From: Octopus vulgaris | Taxonomy: Eukaryota | Direction: 5' to 3' | DNA length: 64,000 bases | Assembly: GCA_951406725.2 (NCBI GenBank) | Contig: OX597828.1 | Coordinates: 39,990,001-40,054,000 of the forward strand | Part shown: piece after piece, positions 1-13,009 of the stretch | Position numbering within the stretch: the stretch's first letter is position 1 | Layout: each line of letters opens with the position of its first letter | The notes under the pieces: model-generated | Databases searched by the model: none | Told to the model about the DNA's origin: nothing | Seen by the model: the letters and a program-made list of their open reading frames with translations, nothing else | Made by a program: the position numbers and the translations under genes

Positions 1-70
1 ACATTTAATGCAGTAAGCATTAGTTAATTAACCAATGAGAAATAATTTCCTGTGGTTGGTCTTCTCGGTG

Positions 71-340
71 GTTCTCTATAGCTGTGAGACATGGCTGCTA
101 AATGCTGAATAATGGCAATAATTTGGCAGTGGCAAATTCTGGTGCTGGTGCCATACACTGCAGACCCCATGATCAGCATGCAAGATTGACGCACATTATA
201 GACCAAATAAGTAACTCTCCCAGTCATATAAAACTGGTGTGCAGACAAATAGAAATTAACACAATTTTGCAATATTTTCTTCTTGGACCATTATCATTGG
301 TTCTATCCTCGATAACTGTTGGCAGTGAGCTGATGGCATA
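71..340 (+). pseudogene. Highly decayed RTE-type LINE ORF fragment
   Basis: 71-109 translates VLYSCETWLLNAE, matching the RTE post-RT 'LLYGCETW' motif (the 34 kb copy has MLHGSETW); a stop follows. Right boundary is approximate. Confidence 0.5.
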
Positions 341-378
341 AAACTGCCTAAAACTGACCACAGTTAAAAAGCACTTAC

Positions 379-431
379 CAAGGAAGTTACCAGGGATTGT
401 TTGTTGAAGTGAAGAAACCCTCTCTCTTGAT
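379..431 (-). CDS. Candidate 53-nt internal exon of an unidentified minus-strand gene
   Basis: Minus strand: branch-like GACTAAT, acceptor ttattccAG, donor TTG|GTAAGT. Two open frames (SRERVSSLQQTIPGNFL or QERGFLHFNKQSLVTSL). Non-repetitive sequence. Confidence 0.5.
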
Positions 432-644
432 CTGGAATAATTTAAATCATATTAGTCATTGACCAATATTATATTTTCGTCATTGCATTAAATCTGATGT
501 CCCTGACCATCAGGCAACTGACTAGTACCAGGTTGTGGATCATTTGATACCGGGCTGCACAGAAAGAATCAATTTTAAAATTTTATTTCTATTTTACTGA
601 CTATTGCAGTCTGCAGAGTGTTTTTGCATTACACATGGATTATA

Positions 645-941
645 TACATTATCTGCATATGCCCATGGGCATATGGCATAGTGGTTAAGAGTACGGGCTA
701 CTAACCCCAAGATTCCGAGTTCAATTCCAAGCAGTGACCTGAACAATAATAATAATAACATCGACAAATACCTTAGGAATGAGAACCCAGGTTCGAAATT
801 TCCCCAAGACACCTGATGAGGGCTGGAGGGTATATCAGCCAAAACGTTGTGTTAGCAACAAACAAGATGAGGACAAATATCCGTCTATTGTAAATAAAGT
901 ACATAATTCCTCATCTCTTAAATATAGAACTGTAGAACCAT
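645..941 (+). mobile_element. tRNA-headed SINE-like element carrying a hammerhead ribozyme motif
   Basis: A-box TGGCATAGTGG 674-684, B-box GAGTTCAATTCC 717-728, (AAT)n linker, HHR at 808-853. Flanking direct repeat ATGGATTATA at 635-644 and 942-951. Confidence 0.75.
808..853 (+). ncRNA. Minimal type-I hammerhead ribozyme motif (G12>A, probably inactive copy)
   Basis: Stem I GACAC/GUGUU; CUGAUGA 813-819; extra G; stem II GGCUG/CAGCC; AAAAC in place of GAAAC; palindromic AACGUU; GUU cleavage triplet. Confidence 0.75.
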
Positions 942-1852
942 ATGGATTATAGTTATATATGTAATAATATAAATTATATATCATGCATTTTATGGTGTTT
1001 TGTTATGTGTCTGATCCCCCAGTCCATGCAAAAATTGTCTTGCATGAAACTGGTCTGTGGCGCAAAAAAAGGTTGGTAACTGCTGCATTAAATATAGTAG
1101 CACTAATTTGACTATTGTTGTTAGTGCAGGCAGCATTCCCGAGTAATTTCTCTAAGTAATTCAGAGTCCAACAAATGTTTCAATTTGCAGACCTATTAAC
1201 ATTGTAAATTATATTCACAGACATCTTAGGTCACGTACAGATAAAGGCCATTCAACTAAATGGCATGATGTCACTCAGAAACAGACTCTTATCTCTGGTC
1301 TACAAAAATGATGCCCCTCTCAATTTGCCTCTTCTACCACTACTACAATGGTCTATGCTCCACAGAGCTGGCTTGTCTTGTGTCACCTTCACTCATTTGT
1401 CTCTCCTCATCCCATCACTCCTGCTGTACCCATCCACCAGGCCCTGCACATACCAGTTCACTCAGTACTTCTTCTCCAGTAAACCAGCCCCCAGGAATTC
1501 TCTCTTTGCACACATCTTTCTTGCGGTCAATGACTCACAGAAAAATTCAAGTGGAACATAACTGGTATCAATCTCACCAGTCTCAGAAGACCTGTGAGGA
1601 CCATGGACACTAACTAACTCGTACTCCAAACTTAAATTTTTAAAAAATCAATTTCTGAGAGTTTATAGAGTAGGGGTGAATGACATGGTGTTCAGTGTCT
1701 GTTATGCAGCAGCAGCAGCATCAACAGCAGCCGCCACTGCTGCCGCCATCACCACCACCACCACCACCACCACTATCATGCACACAATGTAGTGCAGGAC
1801 TAACTGAAAGCAGTGCAGTTAATGTTCAACTTTAGATGTGCCATTTATTAAT

Positions 1853-2183
1853 TTTTTTTATTTTATTTTATTTTATCTAGTTTTAGTTCACGAGCTGTGG
1901 CCATGCTGGGGCACCGCCATTTGGTGTTGCTACATGATTTTACTTCACGAATGCTTTTTAGCAAATGCCATTTGGTGCATGAGAGAGTTCGATGCAGCTG
2001 CCCTCATCTGCACCCCCTGCCGTGAAGTTGGTTTATCTGGGACACCTGACAGGAAGAGATCCAGTTTTATTTTAAAGACATCTGCATCCTCCCCATGCAG
2101 GTCTCAGGTCCTTTGGGGGTGGATATTGAAGAGCTGTGGGCCTCTGAAGCCCAGGCTGTCACAGCATCTTGTCCTACATCTTG
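1853..2183 (-). mobile_element. 5'-truncated CR1/L2-group LINE 3' end (ORF C-terminus, 3' UTR, (TAAAA)n tail)
   Basis: Minus-strand translation with one frameshift: SLGFRGPQLFN...LRDLHGEDADVFKIKLDLFLSGVPDKP...RAAASNSLMHQM. 3' UTR ends GGCGGTGCCCCAGCATGGCCACAG plus an A-rich tail. Confidence 0.8.
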
Positions 2184-2509
2184 TTCTACATCAGTGATTG
2201 TAAAGACTGCCTGGAAATAGGGGAGGTAAGTAGGTTTAAGATGGTGGGATTCAGGAAATTGGGTGATGGACACAATCAGGGTGGGGAGAGGAGAAACAGG
2301 AAGCACCGAGTGAGTTGGGTGAAGATGGAAATAACAGTCAACAAGTTTAGAAAAGCAGAGATTGTAGAAGTGGTTATGATAAAGGAAACAGAAAAAAAGA
2401 CACACAGAATGTCAGTAGATCAATAGTTGTGGATGTGGGTTGGTTTACCAATAAGGCAGATAATACTCTTTTTTTTTCTTTTTCTGTGGAGAAACAATGC
2501 AGAACGTAT

Positions 2510-2715
2510 TTGTTGTTGTTGTTGTTGTTTAACCTTCAGGTCAGATCTAATTAAGCAGATCTATGACTGAAGACATTCCAGCTGTGACCGTCCTTCCTGT
2601 CTTCTTGTATATCTAGAACAATGCATATCTATCCCTTCTTTAAGACCGTAAGTTTAGAGCAATTTGGCTGCTGTTTCATTTGGTTGAGTAATGAAACAGA
2701 AGCTTCCTCATTGGC
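2510..2715 (-). repeat. Old interspersed repeat with (AAC)n tail; related copies near 3900, 9540-9740, 11660, 18140-18360, 36220-36400, 58660-58850, 63430-63590
   Basis: Recurring motifs CTGCTAGAAATAGCAGCCAAATCTC and GGCTGGAATG...GGGGCTAAACAACAAC in many diverged copies. Confidence 0.65.
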
Positions 2716-3016
2716 TTGAATCCAGAATGTGAATGTGCATGATGAATGCACCATCCTTGATATGTTAAACCGGATTCTAATGTAGGGCATATTTTTGTGT
2801 TGTATGATAAATGCAACTATCTACAGTTGGAAGATTTCATAACTCTAGCAATTGTAGACTTGGCTATATGAAGTCTATGCGTTTCCCATAAATGGTCACC
2901 AAAGACAGACAGAAATTGTACAGGTTTCACAATTGTAGGTAACAAAATAGTTTTTTCTTTTTACTAGACTAGTGAAAATACACTGCTGTTTGTTTTCTTA
3001 AGATAAGTAGTAGTAC

Positions 3017-3183
3017 CTGCAATTGGGAGGCTGGGAAATGACATCAGATTGTAAAGTCTCTATTACAAAATATTTTCTCTGAGTCTCTCTCTCTTCATAC
3101 TCAGGATATTCACTGCCTGGTGAGATCTGTTGTAGGAAGAGCACGTGATAATGTCGTTCATGTAGAGGGAATTCATAATTTGT
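3017..3183 (-). other. Candidate 167-nt exon (coding status uncertain)
   Basis: Acceptor tttttcactcAG, donor CAG|GTACTA, retained CpGs, one frame open throughout (TNYEFPLHERHYHVLFLQQISPGSEYPEY...PPNCR). No recognisable homology. Confidence 0.3.
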
Positions 3184-4035
3184 CTGAGTGAAAAATAATC
3201 ATTTAAATTATATCAACAGCTAGTCTGTCTTTATCATATCCTATCGCAAGAGGCCAGATGTTAAGCAAAACTACCTAACTCTCCATCTCCCTTGTCAGAC
3301 TAACTTACTAAAAGTGGCTCAGGAAATAATAGGTTTCCACAATACTTTAAAAAAAACCAACAAAAAAGCATTAGAGTTATCTTGTGAAAGTGATGGTTGT
3401 GTCTGACATTGAGACAAAGATGACTGTATCAATTCTTTATAGTAATACATTAATTCATATGAACATTGTAAGCAATACACTTCAAGCTAGGATAAGCAAA
3501 CATTATTTTATCAAGGGCATCATTTTGACGGCTTTTTTTAATTTTTTATACAAGCTCAAGAACAAAATCCTGTGTTAGGTTGCATTTCATACAGTCAAGT
3601 TAGGAGAAGGTTAACATTTGCATTCATAAACAGCACTTGTTTATTTTTCTTAATTCATTTACAGAATTTCAAATTCAAATTTTGACATGAAAACACAGCG
3701 TGGGATACAGTGAAGCAACTAAAAACTATGAACAATTGTGCTGCTACACGACAAGTAGAATCATTATTTCTGTCTCTCGCTACTCTCCCTACTTCTCTGC
3801 TTTATGGTGATTATTGTTCTAGCAATTGTGTATCCAAGCTAGCATGGGTTGGCCAAGTTTGCAGCAAGGCAATATTTTACTCATTTTAACACAAGGATCT
3901 CACATGAGAGTATACATGCAGTTGCTTGACATGTTAGAAATACCAGCCAAATCTCTTTCAAATCACATCCTACTATCTTATAAATAGAAGGACATGCTTG
4001 GGTTTGTGAACTTCATACATTTTGTTCAAATAAAG

Positions 4036-4286
4036 CAGTGGTCCTCAGCAAGAGTCCACATGGCCCTTGGGGTCCATATAAGATTCTGTTATCAAAATTT
4101 ATCTGCAATAAATTGTTTATGCTTCTACGATACATAAAATATTTTAACAATTTTTTTAAATACAGTTCCTAAGAATATCTAATTATAAAAAAATGATTTA
4201 AAAAAAAATTGAATGGCTAGGAGAGTCCATCCAAATAAAATAGGAATCAAAGAGGGCCATAGGTGAAAAAAGGTTGAGAAACACTG
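4036..4286. mobile_element. hAT (Charlie-like) MITE
   Basis: TIRs CAGTGGTCCTCAGC / GGTTGAGAAACACTG; 8-bp TSD AAATAAAG/AAATAAAA; homologous to 30592-30851. Confidence 0.8.
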
Positions 4287-4374
4287 AAATAAAAGATGGG
4301 ATGGCCACAAATGGAATACCTTTCTATCATAGGTTTGCAAAATTAGTGCCAACTAGGAGGCTAAACTTATTTTT

Positions 4375-6300
4375 TTATTTCTCACAAGGGACTAAGGGGC
4401 TAAACACAGAGGGGACAAACAAAGGGATTAAGTCGATTACATCGACCCCAGTGTGTTATTAGTACTTAATTTATCAACCCCAAAAGGATGTTCTGAATTT
4501 GAACTCAGAACATAACAGCAGACGAAATACCACTAAGCATTTCGCCTGATGTGCTAACGTTTCTGCCAACTCGCCGCCTTTACTAGGAGGTTGAACTGCT
4601 GCTGCTACTACAACTACTACCACCACCATCACCACCCAATCCGTGAAGCCTAAAATCTTGGGAAATTATATGACCACTTTTATATTTTCTCCAGCCCTCC
4701 CTCTTCCACTGGTACCATCCCACCTAACAGAAGGGCAGTGGATTGGTACACTTGATAATGTAGCTCTGCTTTATATTATTGAGTACTTTCATGCTCTGTA
4801 TATGAACACTGCTGTCATTTGACTTTGGCCTGTATTGGATGAAATGCTTAGCAGCATTTCTTTCGAGCTCTTTACATTCTGAGTTCAAATTCCACCAAGG
4901 CTGACTTTGCCTTTCATCTTTTTGGGGTTGATAAAATGGCAGCAAACTGGCAGAATTGTTAGCACATTGGGCAAAATGCTTAATGGTATTTTGCCTGTCA
5001 TTGTGTTCTAAGTTCAAGTTCTGCCGAAGTTGACTTTATCTTCCATCCTTTTGGGGTCGATAAATTAAGTACCAGTGAAACACTGGGGTTGATGTAATCG
5101 ATTAGTCCCCTTCCGTGCCTTTGGTAGAAAAGATTATTATTATTATTGAATGAGGGAGCAGCACAGGCCATCAAAATGACGCCAGGGTACAAATAAATAA
5201 AACGCAATATACTCCTCTTGACTACCTGTCTGACAAGGGTCCATCAGGTACATGCTAACAACCATATGTGTGCAACATGGTAACCTAATATATGGATAAG
5301 CAGCGTATGACCTTGCAGGTGGGGCCCAGTTAGAATTTTCTTCAGGTTGAGTAGCCCATCCTGCTCAAAAAGTCTCTGAATAAGGGTTGTTTGAGGATGA
5401 TTAACAAAACACCCATGTTTCCAGAGGTGAATTATTCAAACCCCAAAGAATTCCTCTCAACACATGGCTATGATGCTCAACCACTACTTCTGCATGTGAT
5501 CAAAGATGCACATATTGTCAGCCACTAAAGGACATGCTCAACTGGTTAAGGTCAAGCAATTGACAAGCAAATTTGTGGTATTGAGCAGAAATTTGCTCAA
5601 ACAATGTACATGATAACACTTCCAATCAGTTATGGTCAGAAGCCACAAGAGCCACTGTCTGGTACTGCATCAGGGCATCAAACAACTGACAAGCAAATCT
5701 GTGGTATTGAGCAGGAAATTTGCTGCAGCCCATCTTTTATACCAACACAAAATATGTACATGTTAAGGCTTCCAATCAGTTAGGATCGGAAGCCATGAGA
5801 GCCACTGCCTGGTACAACATCGATGCATTTATAATGATTATTATTATTATTATTATTATCATCTAAGTAAGACTAGCAGAATCTTTGCTCATTGGACAAA
5901 ATACTAAGTGGAATTTCATCTTTCTTTATATTCTGAGTTTGAATGTTGCCAGAGTTGACTTTGCTTCTCATCCTTTTGGGGTTGGTAAACTGACTACCAG
6001 CTGATCACTGGGGTTAATGTAATTGACTCACCCACTACCACAAACTTGCTTGGCTTTGTGCCAAAATTTGAAATCACTGTTATTATTATTGTTATTATTA
6101 TTGATATCTGATAAGGCAGTGAACTGGCAGAATCGTTAGCATGTCTTTACGTTCTGAGTTCAAATTCCGCCAAGGTCAACTTTGCCTTTCATCCTCTCAG
6201 GGTCGATAAATAAAGTACCAGTTGTGTACTGGAGTCGATCTAATTGACTGCCCAGCCCCTCCCCCAACATTTCAGGCCTTGTACCTATAGCAGTAAGGAT
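4375..6300. mobile_element. Cluster of about 5 copies of SINE family B (4375-4582 -, 4820-4937 +, 4938-5135 +, 5865-6075 +, 6112-6300 +)
   Basis: Head GGCAGAATCGTTAGC...GAGTTCAAATTCC (B-box) and shared core TTTGCCTTTCATCCTTTCGGGGTCGATAAA...AGTACCAG. Other copies at 8935, 12845, 25055, 35700, 39660, 52636, 62575. Confidence 0.85.
5140..5830 (-). repeat. Unclassified interspersed repeat with an internal tandem duplication of about 126 bp
   Basis: Segment CAACTGACAAGCAAAT...CTTCCAATCAGTT...GAGCCACTG occurs at about 5552-5677 and 5678-5827; a reverse-complement fragment lies at 63038-63082. Confidence 0.6.
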
Positions 6301-6538
6301 TACTGATATCTGATAGCTTGCAGCTATGTTCCTTTCTGTCTTTTCATATAGTTTTATTGTGGGATGAGGGTACTAGCACCTCTACTACCACCACCAGCAT
6401 CATAAAAACTAGTGCGACCCTCATGGAATTAGTAAGATTTAGGCTCATTAGATAGTAAACAATATCCCTGAATAACTGAAACTTAGCAACAGACAAAAAT
6501 ACATGGGCAGAAGAATATTTGAAAGGAAATACAACATA

Positions 6539-6949
6539 AGGCACAGGAATAGCTGTGTGGTAAGTAGCTTGCTTACCAACCACATGGTTCCAGGTTCAGT
6601 CTCACTGCATGGAACCTTGGGCAAGTGTCTTCTACTATAGCCTCGAGCTGACCGAAGCTTTGCGAGTGGATTTGGTAGACGGAAACTGAAAGAAGCCCGT
6701 CGTGTGTGTGTGTGTGTGTGCACATGTTTGTGTGTTTGTATTCCGCCCCCCTCCCCACCAATATCGCTTGACAACTGACGCTGGTGTGTTTACGTCCCTG
6801 TCACTTAGTGGTTTCGGCAAGAGAGACTGATAGAATAAGTACTAGGCTTACAAAGAATAAGTCCTGGGGTCGATTTGCTTGACTAAAGGCGGTGCTCCAG
6901 CATGGCTGCAGTCAAATGACTGAAACAAATAAAAGAATAAAAAGAATAA
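6539..6949 (+). mobile_element. Major tRNA-derived SINE family A1 (full length)
   Basis: Head GGCTGTGTGGTAAG...GGTTCAGTC, CORE-like CCTTGGGCAAGTG, internal (TG)n, tail GGCGGTGCTCCAGCATGGC...GACTGAAAC plus A-rich repeats. Confidence 0.9.
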
Positions 6950-7775
6950 GTTGGTAAGCAGTATTGATGCAATGTGTTCTGATTGGTGCTGGAGTGTGGG
7001 TAGCAACTTCGGAAGGGCAGACATTTTAGTAAAGATATTATTCCAAGGCACTAAGTGCTACTGACAACTTTTTGTTTACTGTTCTTCTTTCAACATCCTT
7101 TTCCGTTTCTCGGTGGAATTAGTCTAGAATATAAGATATGTTGAACAATCAACACTGGCCGATTCTACTCTCACTGTTAGCCTCTCTCTCTCTCTCTCTT
7201 TCTCTCTCACAGCAATATCAGCAGCTTCAAATTTAATATTTCATCCAGCTGAAACTTCATTAACTACTGAAATCTATGTCTTTTACAAAGCTCCTTCAAC
7301 TTGATGAGGTGCTGTAGCCTGGTTTTTGCGATTCAAAAGAATGGCGAGTAGTATATAGTTGATACTTTTCAAAGTATTTACAATCTAGTTTTTTTTTTTT
7401 TTGTACCCTGGCACAAACAATGAAAACTCCAGATAATCAACAACTGACATAATGTGGTAGTCATATTCAGGAAACACACTTATGTTATCTTGTTTTGTTT
7501 ATCTAAGAGAACTATTGTACAATCAGACAAGAGATTGTTAAACACTACACAGATTAAACAATCCTCCTTCAACGGTTTAAAGAGTCAATTAATACAAATA
7601 CTCATTGAAAAAAAAAAAGAGTTTCAGAAATTAATTCTGTTTCCCTGTAGTGTTTCCAAAAATAAAGGTTAACTTGTCTCTTTCATGACCATATTTCTCT
7701 GGAAACATAGGATGTTTCTGTTACAAGGATCTAAAAAGATTTATTTAAAATAAACTTGTTATTTATTATAAATAA

Positions 7776-8276
7776 CTAGCTGGCCCCGTGCCGTCAAAAA
7801 TTACAGCTAATTGTAGTATTTTATATATAAATAAGAGCTAAAGATATGATATAGATAGTAAATCAAATTAATACACTTGTAAATGTTATCTAATGGATAT
7901 CTTTAAGGATGTGACAATCGACCACTGTTTGTTACTGAAAGAATGCTGGTTCACGCATATAAATGTTCACATACTTCCCTTGTACATGCATACAAATACA
8001 CATATATACTCACACTGTTTGATTTTTCTTTTCAGCATTGAATATTCACCATCCCACTTCCATTGCACACACACACACAAACATTCACATAACTCCCTTT
8101 TACATACACACACACAAAGTTGAAACACTGTTTGATTCTTTTTTTTTCACCGTAGAACTTCCATCATCCCACTACCAAGTTTGCCATCACCCCTTCCTTC
8201 GTTATTCATCTATCAGCCCTTCCTTTCTCATTCATATGTTGTGAGGAAGCAAACACAAGAGTATTATCATAGTAGA
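7776..8276 (-). mobile_element. Non-autonomous Helitron
   Basis: Minus strand begins A|TC and ends CTAG|T, with a subterminal hairpin (consensus GCCGTCA-TTTT-TGACGGC); no TSD; homologous to 49062-49504. Confidence 0.85.
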
Positions 8277-8504
8277 TGCTGTTGTTTGGAACATGGCTCA
8301 GCAAAAGTTCTTACATAAAATCATGAAATGAGGTTTCAATTTAAACATTAACACTTTAGAATGAAGGGGTTTTGTATTATAGAACTAGGGTCAGTTTTTG
8401 GCAGGTTGGTATAAGAAATGTTAATTTTGCATAGAATAAATGGAGGAAAGGCACAAAATTTGATTTATTTTGTTGACAGGTAAGAAAAATATATAGATCA
8501 CTAA

Positions 8505-8872
8505 TTATAGGCATAAGCTGGCTTCCCATCCACGTGGCCCAGGGTTCATTCTCACTGCTTGGCACCTCAGGCAAGTATCTTCTATAGCCTTGGACTGACC
8601 AAAGCCTTGTGAGTGGACTTGGTAGGCAGAAACTGAAGGAAGCCTCCATGTGTGTGTGTGTGAGATAGAGAGAGAGTCCATCATCAATGCTTGACTAGCA
8701 GTTTGTTTATGTCCCTGTAACTTAGAGGTTCAGTAAAGGGGCCAATAGTACAAGAATCAAGTTTTAAAAATTAAAAATGCAGTGGGGTCAGTTTGTTCAA
8801 CTATACCCTTTAAAGTGGTACCCCGGCATGGCTGCAATCCAATTACTGAAACAAGTAAAAGATAAAAGATAA
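8505..8872 (+). mobile_element. SINE A1, older diverged copy
   Basis: Colinear similarity to 6539-6949 with many substitutions. Confidence 0.8.
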
Positions 8873-10834
8873 ACATGATACCATAAGTTTCTAAGTAAAG
8901 ATGGAGTTGCATGATATTGATGCAGTATTTAACGAGCTGTATTTTAAAAGGATAAAAAGCAAAGTTGATCAGAGCAACATTTGAACTCAGAACATAGGAA
9001 TCTTTTCCAATGTTGTGCCAATTCTGTCAACCCTTTGCTTTTAATACAGTCAAGTTTTCAGATTGGTTCAAATTCGTAAGCAAATGAAAAATTTAAGCCA
9101 TTACAGCCAGGGAGTGGAGGCTGGACATAGACATGGTAAATATATCATTACACAACTCTAAACATATTACATATATGTTTGACAATCAAAAACACTTTAC
9201 ATTCTCTTAGCAACAACTCAGACGGTTGTGCAACTGCTTTTTAATGTATACAAACTGAAGAACTGTGACCTAGAACTTCTTTTTCTGATGGTTAGGGGAA
9301 GCAGTACAGAGTATGTCGGTAAAATATACTACTACATTTAATGTAACTGCCCAGCACACTAATTTACAGGAAGAAAATAACAGAAAGAGAATAGTATTTT
9401 TCTATGCTGCATCATGATGAAGTTGTGCTTCACACAATTGCTCTGTGTAAAGAGAGATTAATGTAGATGAGACATTTAAAGGAAATATGTCATAAAATGG
9501 CTGGTTAACCGTAAAATTCTATTTTGCCCACTGGCGGTGGTTGTTGCTGTAGAGCTTCATATCAACCCTAGTTGAGCAGACATATGATCGAAAGACATTC
9601 CAGCTGTGGCCATACAATACTACATATCAAATATAGAGCTATACACCAATAAACCTTTCTTTTACTTAATATAGAAGATTACTATGTGAGGGTTGCTATT
9701 TCTAGCAGATCAAGTGACCACATGATGACTTCCTCACTGGTTTTATTCCCCCCCAACTGGTTGTTTTTATATGCAAAAAACTAGGTTGGGGGGAGGGGGA
9801 CTTTGAAACAGAGTAAAATTTCAAATATTTACAAAGAATAAATAAATAAATTTTCTCCTTAATTTTGCAGCATAAATTTTTGTAATATAATTCGCTATTA
9901 AATGTAAGAATTAAGATTTAAAGTTAAGTGGGTAACCTTTTAGATGAATTGTATAATTTACACTGTTGGAATACTGATGTAATAAGAAAAAGAAAATAAA
10001 AAAATAGCAAATGTGTACCGTTTGTGTCCCCATCCTTGGGAGGGTGGAAGTTGTGGGTGGGATCATATTACAACAGATAAAGTACAGACTGAGTTCAAAC
10101 TAGGGTGTGGGCACGGAGGAAACGGTGTGACAGTGGAGTGAATATTAGTACTGTATTATGTCAGCCAAATCAACATAATTGTCTAATTGTCGCCCAAGTC
10201 TGATGCTGAAGTCATGGAATTTGAAGTGATAAGTGAAATAAATAATCCAGGCCTTGTTAGAAAGAAAGAAGGAAGGAAGGAAAGGAAAAAAAGCTAATTT
10301 ATTCACATGGTACAGTCAGGTGGTATAACAAACACCATTCTGAAAGCTCAAGCTGACTGAACCACTTTCTAAACATCCTGCAATGACTCTGCATATAGCC
10401 TTCATACAACCATCTATGCAATGTTCTTTTTTTTTTTCTCCCCTCAATCAAACAAGGATATACTTTCAGCTGATTTAATTGCTGTCCTATTTCTTGGCTT
10501 TCAACATCTCACCAGTCACACAAAACAATAATCAATAAGTAACAATAAAAATAATTGCACTCTTTACCCGGCATATATTAATATGGCTTAAACAGCAGTG
10601 AAGATGTGGAAATGATGTCTTGGATATCTTGGGTCCATCTTTGAGGCCAACCAGGGGGTTCTTTCAATGTCTGCTTTCTATATATCTCGAATGAACTTTT
10701 AAACTTGCTTTATCACACTCAAGATTTTTCTACACAGAAAGTTATCATCAACATTTTTATAATTATTTAAATTTCCATTAACCACATTTTTTTGAAAACA
10801 AAACAAGTCCCTAGATCCCAGCTTCACACACACA

Positions 10835-11239
10835 TTTACTCTTTTACTCTTTTACTTGTTTCAGTCATTTGACTGCGGCCATGCTGGAGCACCGCCTTTA
10901 GTCGAGCAAATCAACCCCGGGACTTATTCTTTGTAAGCCCAGTACTTATTCTATTGGTCTCTTTTGCCGAACCGCTAAGTGACGGGGACGTAAACACACC
11001 AGCATCAGTTGTCAAGCAATGCTAGGGGCACAAACACAGACATACACATATATATATATATATATATACATATATACGACAGGCTTCTTTCAGTTTCCGC
11101 TTACCAAATCCACTCACAAGGCATTGGTCGGCCTGGGGCTATAGCAGAAGACACTTGCCCAAGATGCCACGCAGTGGGACTGAACCCGGAACCATGTGGT
11201 TGGTTAGCAAGCTACTTACCACACAGCCACTCCTGCGCT
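10835..11239 (-). mobile_element. SINE A1, young full-length copy
   Basis: Near-identical reverse complement of 53372-53778; CpGs retained. Confidence 0.92.
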
Positions 11240-13009
11240 TTGTACAGAAGCTTTTTTCAAAAGAATTTAGTAATGTGCACTTCATTGGCTTATTAGTTTC
11301 CTGGTCATAAAAGATTGTCTTTATATCAGAAAATATATTTATGTCAACCACTGAGCTGTTTAAGGCAAAAAAAAGAAAAGAGTCCCATATTACAACATTA
11401 ACCGTTGAGGTTGATCCCTAATTCTCAACTATAATTGTTCAATTTCAGTCACAAAAATATTGGTAATGGATCAATAAGTGTAATCAGTGATTTTTTTTTT
11501 ATTTGGTGAGGTGGGGGAAGAGAGAACAATGTACTTACTTGTTCTAGCCCATCATTTCAGTGATGTTATATTATTAATGAAGTCAAATGATAGAGAAAAG
11601 GAAAGGAAAAAGTTTTCAAACAGAACAAACATTGCAACACGCCAAACAAAACTCAATGATGGGGAGGGCCTCTACATGGTTGTTGCTCAACATGTTAGAA
11701 ATAACAGCTAAATTCATTCGAATACACCAAACCAGCTTAGAAAAAAAGGAAAAACAAAGATAAAATGGTAGTGGAATAACATTTACCTTTTATCTTTAAC
11801 CTGTCTCAGATATTGGACTGCGGCCAAGCTGGAGCATCCCCATGGGTTTTAGATCGAATGAAGTGACCCCCAGTTCTTATCATTCTGAAGCCTGATACTA
11901 ATTCTATCGGTCTCTTGCCAAACTGTTAAGTTATGGTGATGTAAACAAACAAACACCGGCTGTCAAGTGGTTGTGAGGCACAAACAAAAGCACTAAGGCA
12001 CACACACACACACACGTATGTGCCATGTAAAAACAACCCAATGCATTCTATAAAGTAGTTGGCATTAGGAAGGACATCCAGCCATAAAATCCATGCCAAA
12101 GCAGGGAGGGGAGCTTGGTGCAACCCACAGAGAGACTGAAAGATAAAAGATACAAATGCACACACAGACACACACACATAACTTTATCAATATAAGGATT
12201 TTAGTTTTTATGTTCCCACTGATAGAAACAAGAAAGTTTGTCCATTGTTTTAATGATATAGTTTATTCCACTTTTTAATCTGCAGCTGTTTTGTTCATTA
12301 CTCCTCTCATTTGCATCAGGTTTCTAACAAACATGTCCTTTTGGTTTTCTCTTAAGAGGCTGACCCTGCTACTGCTATTACTGCTACTTCTGCTGTTACT
12401 ACTACAACTACTACTACTACTACATAAAACTGACATTTATAGCAGCCTGTTTTTAAAAGTTGTAGTTTGAGCCGTATGTAATACATATGGCTGGCTACTA
12501 AAGTGGTTAGGCAGAGTTCTATTCTGCGGAATAGCAGAAAAACAAGGCTGGTGGTGTTTATGTAAGTGCATATAAAACAGACGTCATTGTTTAAAATTTT
12601 AAAAAATCATAAAAAATTATAGACCCCTACCTCCTTCCCTCCATTTGAGTATTATTCCTCTCTGCTCTCTCTTGCTTTTCTCTCTCTATCTCTTCCTTTT
12701 AATAATACTAGTGTGGGTTTGATGGGTTTCTCTGATCAGCAACGTCCAGCTTCACAATAACCCAAATGCATATTGGCATGTTTTGTTGACCTTGTTTTGT
12801 TGAATCCAACTGTTGAGATTTAATGCTAGATAATAATCTTTTCTCATTTAGGCCCAAGGTTTGAATTTTGGGGGACAGAACTGGGTGATTCAATCAACCT
12901 CAGCACAAAAATGGGACCTGTTTTATTGATCCCAAAAGGATGAAAGGCAAAGTTGACCTCAGCAGAATTTGACACAGAAATCCATGTTGACATGGAAAGA
13001 GGTTGTTAA

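Noticed and set aside
667-740. Functional tRNA gene
   Set aside because: A and B boxes are present, but the acceptor and anticodon stems pair poorly and there is no oligo-T terminator; it is a SINE head.
11009-11296. Recurring peptides such as [15 protein letters not shown] and QSFDCGHAGAPP in many ORFs
   Set aside because: Antisense translations of SINE A copies, not a protein family.
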